The translations under genes and the position numbers were made by a program. From the NCBI GenBank assembly GCA_964629785.1, contig CAZVRU010000002.1, positions 34,861-98,860 on the forward strand: a stretch of 64,000 nt of DNA, given 5' to 3'. Numbering within the stretch: position 1 is the stretch's first letter; each line of letters starts with the position of its first letter. The notes under the pieces are model-generated. The model did not search any database. It worked only from the letters and a program-made list of their open reading frames with translations, and had not been told where the DNA came from. Origin of the DNA: an uncultured Planctomycetia bacterium (GTDB taxonomy: Bacteria > Omnitrophota > Gorgyraeia > Duberdicusellales > 4484-171). Shown piece by piece: positions 56,435-64,000 of the stretch.

Positions 56435-59260
56435 ATGGCAAAAAAGAAAATGGTTTACTTCTTCGGGAAAAAAGCAGACGGCAACGCCACTATGAAGCAG
56501 CTTCTGGGAGGAAAGGGCGCCAATCTTGCCGAGATGTGCAGCATCGGACTTCCCGTGCCTCCCGGTTTTACGATCAGTACCGAAGTCTGTCAGAGTTATT
56601 ATGATAACAAACGTAAATATCCCAAAGGATTGCGCGAGGAAGTCGATGCCAACCTGAAGAAACTGGAAAAAGAGACCGGCAAAAAATTCGGTGACAAAAA
56701 AAATCCGCTTCTGGTTTCGGTACGCAGCGGAGCTGCCGTATCCATGCCCGGGATGATGGACACTATCCTGAACCTGGGCCTTACCGACGAGGCTGTAGAG
56801 GGGCTGGCTGACCTGACCGGCAATCCCCGTTTTGCCTGGGATTCTTATCGTCGTTTTATTCAGATGTTCGGTGATGTGGCCATGGGCGTTCCCCATCATG
56901 CCTTTGAACACGAAATGGAAGAGGTAAAACGGGATCTGGCCGGGAAAAAAGGCATTGCCAATGCCGATCAGCTGGTGCAGGAACAACTGATGAAAGTCGT
57001 TCCTGATACGGCGCTGGACGTGGAGCATCTTAAAGAACTGGTCCGCCGTTATGAGGCAATATATAAAAAATATACCAAAGAGAGTTTTCCCCAGGATCCC
57101 AAGGTGCAGTTGTGGCATGCCATAAATGCCGTATTCGGTTCCTGGAACAATGACCGCGCCGTGGCCTACCGTGAGCTTAATGAGATCAGAGGATTGATCG
57201 GCACCGCGGTCAATGTCCAGACCATGGTCTTCGGCAACATGGGCGAAGATTCAGGTACCGGTGTTGGTTTTACGCGTAATCCTTCCACAGGAGATAATCA
57301 CCTTTACGGCGAATACCTGATGAATGCCCAGGGTGAGGATGTGGTCGCCGGTATCCGCACTCCCCATCCCATGGACGATCTTAAAAAAGCCAATAAAAAG
57401 ATCTATGACCAGCTTCAGGCTATCCGCGCCAGACTGGAAAAACATTACAGAGAGATGCAGGATTTTGAATTTACTATCGAACGCGGGGTTCTGTATATGC
57501 TTCAGACCAGGAACGGCAAACGTACTGCCCATTCGGCCATACAGATAGCGGTCGATATGTGCAGGGAAAAGCTGATAGATGAAAAAGAAGCCTTGAAAAG
57601 GATTCAGCCCCAGCAGATAGATCAGTTGCTGCATCCCATGTTCGATCTGGCTGAGGAAAAGAAAGCCAAGATTTTTTCCAAATCGGGTCTGCCGGCTTCC
57701 CCGGGAGCTGCCGTGGGACAGGCGGTATTTACTGCCAAAGCTGCCGAGGAATGGAAAAAAGACGGTAAAAATGTGATTTTATGCCGTCTGGAAACTTCAC
57801 CGGAAGATATCCGCGGCATGCATGCTTCGTCAGGCATTCTTACGGCCCGGGGCGGAATGACTTCCCATGCTGCAGTCGTTGCCAGAGGCATGGGGAAATG
57901 CTGTGTAGCCGGCGCCGGAGATATCGTAATGGAAGAAAGCAAAAAACAGATGCGCTGCGGCGATATGGTGATAAAAGAAGGCGACTGGGTATCTCTTAAC
58001 GGAAGCAAAGGCGTAGTTTATCAGGGGCAGATCAAAACGATTCCCCCGATGATGACCGGTCCTTTCGGCGTGATCATGAAATGGGCCGACAAATACCGTC
58101 GGCTCGGTGTGCGTACCAATTCCGATACGCCTAAAGATACCGAAGTCGCCGTAAAATTCGGTGCCGAGGGTATCGGCCTCTGCCGCACCGAACATATGTT
58201 TTTCGAAGGCGAGCGGATCGTTTCTTTCCGCAAGATGATCATCGTGGCCCCGGAAGTAAAGAGGCTGCGTGATGCCATAAGCCAGGCCCGTGACGCCGAA
58301 GACAGAGAAAAACTGGAAAAACAGCTCAAGGCGCCTCTGGCCCAGTATCTGACTGCTCTGGCCGAACTGCTCCCCTTACAGAGAAAGGATTTCGAAGGGA
58401 TATTCAAAGCTCTGAGCGGCAAGCCCTGCACTATCCGCCTGCTTGATCCGCCATTGCATGAATTTCTGCCGCACGACGAAAAGGGTCAGAAAGAGCTGGC
58501 TCAGGCAATGGGTATCAGTTACGAAAAAGTAAAAGAGACAGTCGAGTCTCTCCATGAATTCAATCCCATGCTCGGCCATCGCGGCTGCCGTCTGGGTAAT
58601 TCCTATCCTGAGATTACCGAAATGCAGGCCCGGGCCATTATCGAGGCAGCCCTGAACGTGGCAGCCAGGAAGATCAAGGTAAAGCCCGAGATAATGGTTC
58701 CTCTGGTGGGCACGGTCAAGGAACTTTCTCTGCAGAAAAAGATCATTGTCGAAACTATGGAAAAGGTAAAGAAAGATAAAAAATTGAAAAAGTTCCCCTT
58801 CAGCGTGAAGATCGGGACGATGATCGAAGTGCCGCGGGCAGCCATTACTGCCGACGAAGTGGCTCAGGAAGCTGAGTTCTTTTCCTTCGGAACCAATGAC
58901 CTTACCCAGATGGGTTGCGGTTTTTCGCGGGACGATGCCGGCAAATTTCTTGTCGATTATGTCAATCAGGGTATTTACGAGCGTGATCCGTTCCAGTCTC
59001 TGGATACCGAAGGAGTGGGTAAGCTGGTACAAATGGGTACCGAACTGGGAAGAAAGACCCGTAAAGACCTTAAGGTAGGTATTTGCGGTGAGCACGGCGG
59101 CGATCCGCTGTCTATTGCTTTTTGCCATAAAGCAGGCTTGAATTATGTGAGCTGTTCGCCGTTCCGGGTGCCTATTGCCCGTTTGGCTGCGGCTCAGGTA
59201 GTATTGGCTCAGACCGGCGCTAAGAAAAAAAGTAAAGCCAAAAAGGCTAAAAAAAAGTAA
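56435..59260 (+). CDS. ppdK: Pyruvate, phosphate dikinase
   Basis: LLGGKGANLAEM, SVRSGA..SMPGMM, GGMTSHAAV (phospho-His), GLCRTEHMF, SFGTNDL, GICGEHGG. Confidence 0.98.
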   Translation: MAKKKMVYFFGKKADGNATMKQLLGGKGANLAEMCSIGLPVPPGFTISTEVCQSYYDNKRKYPKGLREEVDANLKKLEKETGKKFGDKKNPLLVSVRSGAAVSMPGMMDTILNLGLTDEAVEGLADLTGNPRFAWDSYRRFIQMFGDVAMGVPHHAFEHEMEEVKRDLAGKKGIANADQLVQEQLMKVVPDTALDVEHLKELVRRYEAIYKKYTKESFPQDPKVQLWHAINAVFGSWNNDRAVAYRELNEIRGLIGTAVNVQTMVFGNMGEDSGTGVGFTRNPSTGDNHLYGEYLMNAQGEDVVAGIRTPHPMDDLKKANKKIYDQLQAIRARLEKHYREMQDFEFTIERGVLYMLQTRNGKRTAHSAIQIAVDMCREKLIDEKEALKRIQPQQIDQLLHPMFDLAEEKKAKIFSKSGLPASPGAAVGQAVFTAKAAEEWKKDGKNVILCRLETSPEDIRGMHASSGILTARGGMTSHAAVVARGMGKCCVAGAGDIVMEESKKQMRCGDMVIKEGDWVSLNGSKGVVYQGQIKTIPPMMTGPFGVIMKWADKYRRLGVRTNSDTPKDTEVAVKFGAEGIGLCRTEHMFFEGERIVSFRKMIIVAPEVKRLRDAISQARDAEDREKLEKQLKAPLAQYLTALAELLPLQRKDFEGIFKALSGKPCTIRLLDPPLHEFLPHDEKGQKELAQAMGISYEKVKETVESLHEFNPMLGHRGCRLGNSYPEITEMQARAIIEAALNVAARKIKVKPEIMVPLVGTVKELSLQKKIIVETMEKVKKDKKLKKFPFSVKIGTMIEVPRAAITADEVAQEAEFFSFGTNDLTQMGCGFSRDDAGKFLVDYVNQGIYERDPFQSLDTEGVGKLVQMGTELGRKTRKDLKVGICGEHGGDPLSIAFCHKAGLNYVSCSPFRVPIARLAAAQVVLAQTGAKKKSKAKKAKKK

Positions 59261-59269
59261 AATAAGAGT

Positions 59270-60094
59270 ATGGAAGCGATCAAAGCCTATCTGGAGCGGA
59301 TAAAGCATATCCCGGTCCTGGAAAAAAAAGAAGAGGAGGACCTTATCCGTAAAGCCAAACGCGGCAACCGTGAGGCGCGCCGTAAACTGATTGCTGCTAA
59401 CCTGAAGCTGGTGGTCAATATTGCCAAACATTACAGCCATTTCGGTCTTCAGCTGATGGACCTTATTGCCGAGGGCAATATCGGACTGATGAGGTCTATC
59501 AATAAATTCAATATCAGCAAAGGTTACCGTTTTTCCACTTATGCTGCCTGGTGGATCCGTCAGGCTGTTACCCGTGCCCTGATCGATCAGGGAAAGACTA
59601 TCCGTATCCCGGTCTACATGAGCGAACTTATTTCCAAATATAAACGGGCCAAGGAGGCGCTTCGTCAGAAACACAAACGGGAACCGTCCACCGGAGAGAT
59701 AGCCAAGAAACTGCGTCTTCCCGTGGAAAAAGTGTCTGATATCGAATTGTGGACTACGAAAAAAGCTTCTCTGGAAGCGCCGGTAGGCGATGACGGAGAA
59801 TCGCAGCTGGGAGATTTTATCCGGGCTACAGGCTATGCGGACACCGAAAAAGAGATCGAGCGGTTTTTCCAGCACGAAGAGATAATGAACCTGCTCAATG
59901 CTCTCAGCGACCGGGAACGTACTGTCCTGGATATGCGCTTCGGACTTACTGATCAGGGAAAGACCTTTACCCTGGCTGAAGTAGCCAAACGCCTTAAAAT
60001 ATCCCGGGAACGGGTCAGACAGATCGAGGCCGCGGCATTGAAAAAGCTGAAAAGCTATGTCGTGGAACAGCAAAAAGAAGAAATAGATATCTGA
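59270..60094 (+). CDS. RpoD/RpoS-like sigma-70 factor lacking region 1.1
   Basis: [49 protein letters not shown]; 274 aa. Confidence 0.92.
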   Translation: MEAIKAYLERIKHIPVLEKKEEEDLIRKAKRGNREARRKLIAANLKLVVNIAKHYSHFGLQLMDLIAEGNIGLMRSINKFNISKGYRFSTYAAWWIRQAVTRALIDQGKTIRIPVYMSELISKYKRAKEALRQKHKREPSTGEIAKKLRLPVEKVSDIELWTTKKASLEAPVGDDGESQLGDFIRATGYADTEKEIERFFQHEEIMNLLNALSDRERTVLDMRFGLTDQGKTFTLAEVAKRLKISRERVRQIEAAALKKLKSYVVEQQKEEIDI

Positions 60095-60107
60095 AAAGAA
60101 CCGGCTC

Positions 60108-60620
60108 ATGAACCTTTCCGAAAGAATAAGGGCGATACCCGATTTCCCCCATAAAGGCATATTATTCCGTGATATTACCACCCTGCTTAACGATAAAAAA
60201 GCTTTTCACGCTGCCGTGGATGCTTTGGCCGGTCTGGTAAAGGGGAAAAAGATCGATTATCTGGTCTGTGCCGAGGCCAGGGGATTTATTTTCGGCGGGG
60301 CCCTGGCTTACAAACTGAAATGCGGTTTTGTACCGGTACGCAAGCCCGGAAAACTTCCGGCCCGGATCTTTCGGCACACCTATTCGCTGGAATACGGAAA
60401 AGATTCCCTGGAAATGCATCGCGATGCTTTCCCTGAAGGAGCCTCGGTATTGATCCTTGACGATCTTCTGGCTACCGGCGGTACTGCCGCAGCCCTGGTC
60501 AAGCTGGCTGGTAAACTCCAGGCCAGGATTGCCGGAATCGTCTTTTTGATCGAATTAGCCGGTCTCAAGGGCAGAAAAAAATTCAAAGGCTATCCGGTCT
60601 ATTCGCTTATCAAATATTGA
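60108..60620 (+). CDS. apt: Adenine phosphoribosyltransferase
   Basis: PDFP..GILFRDIT, EARGF, RKPGKLP, YSLEYG, LDDLLATGGT. Confidence 0.96.
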   Translation: MNLSERIRAIPDFPHKGILFRDITTLLNDKKAFHAAVDALAGLVKGKKIDYLVCAEARGFIFGGALAYKLKCGFVPVRKPGKLPARIFRHTYSLEYGKDSLEMHRDAFPEGASVLILDDLLATGGTAAALVKLAGKLQARIAGIVFLIELAGLKGRKKFKGYPVYSLIKY

Positions 60621-60644
60621 ATTTTTTCTCAATCGTATTTTAAA

Positions 60645-60717
60645 GCGCCCATAGCTCAGCAGGACAGAGCGCTGGCCTCCTAAGCCGGAAATGGCCGTTC
60701 GAGTCGGCCTGGGCGCA
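60645..60717 (+). tRNA. tRNA-Arg (anticodon CCT), CCA not encoded
   Basis: Acceptor GCGCCCA/TGGGCGC, D arm GCTC/GAGC, anticodon arm CTGGC-CTCCTAA-GCCGG, T arm GGCCG-TTCGAGT-CGGCC. Confidence 0.95.
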
Positions 60718-60723
60718 TATATC

Positions 60724-60878
60724 AGCTCTTAGCTCATGGCTCATAGCTCATAATCAAAAGTTATGCGTTATACGTTATAAGTTATGAGTTAAAATCCGGG
60801 AAATCCGCACTGATAACTGATAACTGATAACTTGTAACTCCGCGATAGCGGTGGGGGACTGTCCCGGACAGGCCGGGA
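60724..60878. repeat. Three heptamer arrays plus short REP-like palindromes downstream of tRNA-Arg
   Basis: agctcat-type x4 (60724-60751); MgttatR x4.5 (60759-60790); actgata x3 + acttgta (60809-60839); ccgc-gata-gcgg (60840-60851); ggggactgtccc (60854-60865). Confidence 0.8.
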
Positions 60879-60951
60879 AAAACCCTGATTTGTCGCAAAA
60901 TACGGCCTTTTTAAGGGGAGTCACTACATTTTGGGCTTATATTTTTCGGAA

Positions 60952-60967
60952 TGCCCATATATGGGCA
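60952..60967. promoter_or_regulatory. Perfect 16-bp palindrome TGCCCATATATGGGCA, candidate operator/activator site
   Basis: Ends 18 nt upstream of the TTGACA -35 of the porin promoter. Confidence 0.45.
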
Positions 60968-60985
60968 GTCTTTGTCAAAAAAGTG

Positions 60986-61015
60986 TTGACAATAAAGGAG
61001 TTATTTGATTAAATT
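60986..61015 (+). promoter_or_regulatory. Sigma70-type promoter TTGACA-N17/18-TTAAAT/TAAATT for the beta-barrel gene
   Basis: Perfect -35 with an A-rich UP-like tract upstream and an AT-rich -10. Confidence 0.55.
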
Positions 61016-61020
61016 GTAGT

Positions 61021-61246
61021 AAGCTCTTTGAAAAAAGTTTGTTTTCCAATGACCAAAATTGCCAGTTATACCATTCACAGACAGTCTCAATCTTGGAAAG
61101 AAAGGGGGTGAGGATAACAGACATTTCCATAAATTGGTTCAGAGATTGTCCCCAAAAGTGAATGATATAACCATAGATGGTTGATATGTGCAAGGAATGC
61201 TAACCTTGTTCCTGATAAATAGAACTCTCTGAAAGGAGGCTTTACA
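61021..61246 (+). ncRNA. Long structured 5' leader (candidate cis-regulatory RNA)
   Basis: Nested pairings 61065-61078/61158-61171, 61080-61088/61142-61150 and 61094-61099/61124-61129; SD-like AAAGGGGGTGA in the apical loop. Confidence 0.45.
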
Positions 61247-62485
61247 ATGAGAAAGCTTATTGCTTTAATTGCGATTTTCGCGCTGACTGCCACAGCGGCA
61301 TTTGCTGCGGTGGAAAATATCAAAGTCAGCGGTGATTACACTGCTTTGGGCGTAAGCCGGGATTATACTCTCGGTGTCAATACCAGCACTGATGAAGTCA
61401 GCGCTCTGGCCAGCGTTACCAATCTGCGTTTCGACGCTGATCTGACCGAAGACGTGATGTTCACTGCCGTGCTCACTGATGAAAGAGCATGGGGATCAGA
61501 TGCTGCTGATCAGTTGTACACATCACAGGCCTATGCTACTTTGAAAGATTTCCTGAGCTATCCGGTGACCTTGAAGATCGGTGTACAGCCGGTTTTTCTG
61601 GGCAGCGGTCTTGTCGTTGCCGATCCTGATACCAACCGTGAAGGCGGCGGCGCATTGACCGGTGTACTGGGAGATCTCAGCCCGAGAAAATCATTCGCGG
61701 GTATGCTTGCTGTTGTCGACCTCGATCCGGCAATGCTCACTCTGGGATGGATCAAGGAAGATGAAAGTACGCTCAATATGGACGATGACGTGAATGCCTA
61801 TATAGTCAATCTCGGCTATAATTTCGAAGATTACAACACTATGGCCGAAGTCTACGGCGTATGGGCGGACGAAGAAGGCAACGGAACCGAGGCCAGAGAA
61901 CGCGTTGATGTGTATGGTTTGAGAAGCGTATCTACGCTGCTTGACAGCCTGACACTCAGCGGTGAATTCGCCTATCAGGTCAAGAAAGATTTCCGCGGCG
62001 ACAATACTGATGCTTCGGACAGAGCTTTCCGTCTGGCTGCTGATTACGCGTTTCTTGACGCGGATTACGCGCCGACAATCGGCTTTGACTATGTAAATCT
62101 TTCTGAGAACTGGAGCCCGATGTATGAAGGCTGGACACCGGCAAATATTGCCAATAAGCTGTTCACCAATTCCAATGTGGAATTGTATGGCCTGACTTTT
62201 ACAGCCGAGCCCAGAGAAGATATGTCTGCCAGTCTGCGCTATGCCTATCTGAAGGCAGCCAGCAAGCCTGGTGTGACTGCTTATCAGTCGGATTATGCCA
62301 CTTATGTGGTAAAAGCCGATGAAGATGATCTGGGATCAGAACTTGATTTTGCGTTGACCTATGACTACACAGAAGATGTGCAGTTCGGGTTCAACTTCGA
62401 TTATTTCATGCCCGGCGACTGGTTTGATGGCGTCAATGACGATGAAGCCTATCAGGCCCTCGGTTCCATGAAAGTATCGTTCTAA
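61247..62485 (+). CDS. Outer-membrane beta-barrel protein (alginate-export/porin-like), probable major OMP
   Basis: Signal peptide AFA-A; amphipathic beta strands; DLGSELD...YDYTEDVQFG...YFMPGD; C-terminal Phe; acidic; strong SD GAAAGGAGG; own terminator. Confidence 0.8.
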   Translation: MRKLIALIAIFALTATAAFAAVENIKVSGDYTALGVSRDYTLGVNTSTDEVSALASVTNLRFDADLTEDVMFTAVLTDERAWGSDAADQLYTSQAYATLKDFLSYPVTLKIGVQPVFLGSGLVVADPDTNREGGGALTGVLGDLSPRKSFAGMLAVVDLDPAMLTLGWIKEDESTLNMDDDVNAYIVNLGYNFEDYNTMAEVYGVWADEEGNGTEARERVDVYGLRSVSTLLDSLTLSGEFAYQVKKDFRGDNTDASDRAFRLAADYAFLDADYAPTIGFDYVNLSENWSPMYEGWTPANIANKLFTNSNVELYGLTFTAEPREDMSASLRYAYLKAASKPGVTAYQSDYATYVVKADEDDLGSELDFALTYDYTEDVQFGFNFDYFMPGDWFDGVNDDEAYQALGSMKVSF

Positions 62486-62499
62486 CAGTTTCGCTATTT

Positions 62500-62535
62500 A
62501 AAACCCCCGGGGATTTTCCCCGGGGGTTTTTTTTT
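62500..62535 (+). terminator. Rho-independent terminator
   Basis: AAAACCCCCGGGGA-TTT-TCCCCGGGGG followed by a T9 tract. Confidence 0.9.
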
Positions 62536-62550
62536 ACCTGGGACTGCGGC

Positions 62551-62578
62551 TTGCTATCCGGAAAAAATACGCTATAAT
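62551..62578 (+). promoter_or_regulatory. Sigma70-type promoter TTGCTA-N16-TATAAT
   Basis: Directly after the terminator, upstream of the DUF4870 gene. Confidence 0.5.
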
Positions 62579-62634
62579 ATAGTTCTGATCTTAGCAAGAA
62601 AAGCATGGCAGCGACAATCGCAGAGGAGGAGAAT

Positions 62635-62970
62635 ATGTCTGAAGACAGGAAGCTGAATGAGCAGGAAATAAGGGAGGGGGCAGGCCTGGCCGCGCTTTCT
62701 TATGTGTTTTTTTTATGGGTCCTGGCCTTTTTATTCAGGAAAGACAATAAATTTTCTCATTTCCATGCTAAACAGGGGCTGGTACTTTTTATTTTCGAGG
62801 TGATAGTGTTTTTCTTTTTGTCATTTATTCCTTTTTTCGGCGCCCTGGTCCGTGTTCTCGGGCTGATCGTATTTCCGCTTTGCGCGTTTTACGGGATCTA
62901 TGCCGCGTTGACCGGCAGGATGGCTGAAATACCGGTAATAGCTGATCTGGCAAAGAAATTGGTGGTGTAA
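62635..62970 (+). CDS. DUF4870/Tic20-like membrane protein
   Basis: AALSY, FHAKQGLVLF, three TMs, GIYAALTG...IPVI; SD GAGGAG before ATG 62635. Confidence 0.8.
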   Translation: MSEDRKLNEQEIREGAGLAALSYVFFLWVLAFLFRKDNKFSHFHAKQGLVLFIFEVIVFFFLSFIPFFGALVRVLGLIVFPLCAFYGIYAALTGRMAEIPVIADLAKKLVV

Positions 62971-62971
62971 A

Positions 62972-63628
62972 ATGGCCAAAATATTTCAAAATGATTTTCG
63001 CAAACAGGACACCTGGCGGGTATTCCGGATCATGAGCGAGTTTGTGGAAGGATTCGAAGGACTTTCCCACGTTAAAAAAGGGATAGCTATTTTCGGTTCC
63101 CGGCGCACCCCGGAAAAACATCCCTACTACCAAAAAGCTTTTAAGACCGCCCAATTGCTGTCAAAGAACGGTTACAGTATAATTACCGGCGCCGGTCCGG
63201 GCATCATGGAAGCTGCCAATCGCGGGGCACATTCAGTGGGTAAGAAGGCCTCCATAGGTCTGAATATCCTGCTTCCCGAAGCGCAAAATCCCAATTGCTA
63301 TATCGACGAACTGCTTGAATTCCGTTATTTTTTCGTGCGTAAAGTCATGTTCGCCAAATATTCCAGGGCCTTTGTAGTTTTTCCCGGAGGCTTCGGCACG
63401 CTTGACGAATTGTTCGAAGGTCTGGCTTTGGCCCAGACCGATAAAGTGCAGCCTTTTCCCATTATCCTGGTCGGTAAGAAATTCTGGAAAGGGGTTATTG
63501 ACTGGTGCAAAACCACGCTGGTCGATGAAAAAGCCCTTCTCGGCGCGGATATGAAACTGTTCAAGCTGGTCGACACTCCCCAGGAAGTCGTGACCCAGAT
63601 AAAAAAATTCTATTCCCGGAAAAGATGA
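62972..63628 (+). CDS. LOG family (TIGR00730) nucleotide monophosphate phosphoribohydrolase
   Basis: WRVFRIMSEF, IFGS.R, TGAGPGIMEAAN, YFFVRK, PGGFGTLDE. Confidence 0.92.
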   Translation: MAKIFQNDFRKQDTWRVFRIMSEFVEGFEGLSHVKKGIAIFGSRRTPEKHPYYQKAFKTAQLLSKNGYSIITGAGPGIMEAANRGAHSVGKKASIGLNILLPEAQNPNCYIDELLEFRYFFVRKVMFAKYSRAFVVFPGGFGTLDELFEGLALAQTDKVQPFPIILVGKKFWKGVIDWCKTTLVDEKALLGADMKLFKLVDTPQEVVTQIKKFYSRKR

Positions 63629-63924
63629 GCAATTTTGTCCGTATCTGGCAGGAAGTAAAGGTAAACGATATTGAGCAGCATCTCCTGGTGATCGGAGAAC
63701 TGTCGGCAGAATGCTATAACTGTCACAATTTAGGTCTGCCGGTATCGGCAACTGCCTGTCCCCAATGCCAGGCCCGCTTCAAATACCTGGGATTCCGCAG
63801 GACTGTCGATATTCAGGCCGTGAAAAGGTTTAAAGATATGCATCCTTCCCTGATCATGATCGATTTTCAGGATTTTAAAAAACTCGTCTCCAAAAGCGAC
63901 GCCCGCAAACTGCTCGACCTCTGA
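63625..63924 (+). CDS. Hypothetical zinc-ribbon protein
   Basis: CYNC...CPQC; ATGA overlap with the LOG gene. Confidence 0.7.
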   Translation: MSNFVRIWQEVKVNDIEQHLLVIGELSAECYNCHNLGLPVSATACPQCQARFKYLGFRRTVDIQAVKRFKDMHPSLIMIDFQDFKKLVSKSDARKLLDL

Positions 63925-63939
63925 TTGGCTAACCGCCAA

Positions 63940-63974
63940 AGTTATAAGTTACACGTTACAAGTTATGAGTTGAT
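63940..63974. repeat. Heptamer array (MGTTAYR)n
   Basis: agttata agttaca cgttaca agttatg agttgat; same family as 60759-60790. Confidence 0.7.
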
Positions 63975-64000
63975 GAATGCAAAATTCGTCCCGGCAACTC

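Noticed and set aside
58376-60181. 601-aa minus-strand ORF
   Set aside because: Antisense shadow of ppdK, the sigma factor gene and apt; no recognisable motifs.
60724-60839. CRISPR array
   Set aside because: Contiguous 7-nt units without unique spacers; no cas genes in the window.
61021-61243. 6S RNA or SRP RNA
   Set aside because: The rod-like fold is suggestive, but it runs into the OMP SD/ATG with no terminator and lacks SRP loop motifs; treated as a 5' leader.
60975-61323. Short minus-strand ORFs (72 and 78 aa)
   Set aside because: No SD or motifs; they overlap the OMP promoter, leader and signal peptide.
60645-62535. Genomic island integrated at tRNA-Arg
   Set aside because: No integrase and no duplicated tRNA 3' end seen in the window; downstream genes look native.

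Overview
A 64 kb housekeeping region of a diderm, probably anaerobic bacterium. The gene set and order are compatible with Candidatus Omnitrophota/PVC, but that is inference. About 62 CDS and one tRNA-Arg(CCT) all lie on the + strand. Contents: the end of a type IV pilus operon (pilC, fused pilM-pilN, pilO); a ComFB-CheR fusion; lptC/A-lptB; tig-clpP; serine, purine, folate, MEP and queuosine genes; five aminoacyl-tRNA synthetases; rimP-nusA-infB; dnaE; polX; membrane PPase; PPDK; a phoH-pgpH-ybeY-recO block; and a putative major outer-membrane beta-barrel with a long structured leader. No CRISPR array, integrase, transposase or prophage was seen. Most notable: (1) an orphan ComFB-like domain fused to a CheR methyltransferase next to the pilus genes; (2) dispersed intergenic imperfect 7-nt tandem arrays of different sequence, often as inverted pairs, with REP-like palindromes nested inside and sometimes supplying stop codons; (3) a secreted UshA-like/thioredoxin mosaic protein; (4) the structured porin leader; (5) several enzymes with domain losses or active-site substitutions. 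All family assignments come from motifs read by eye and recalled family knowledge; no searches were run.
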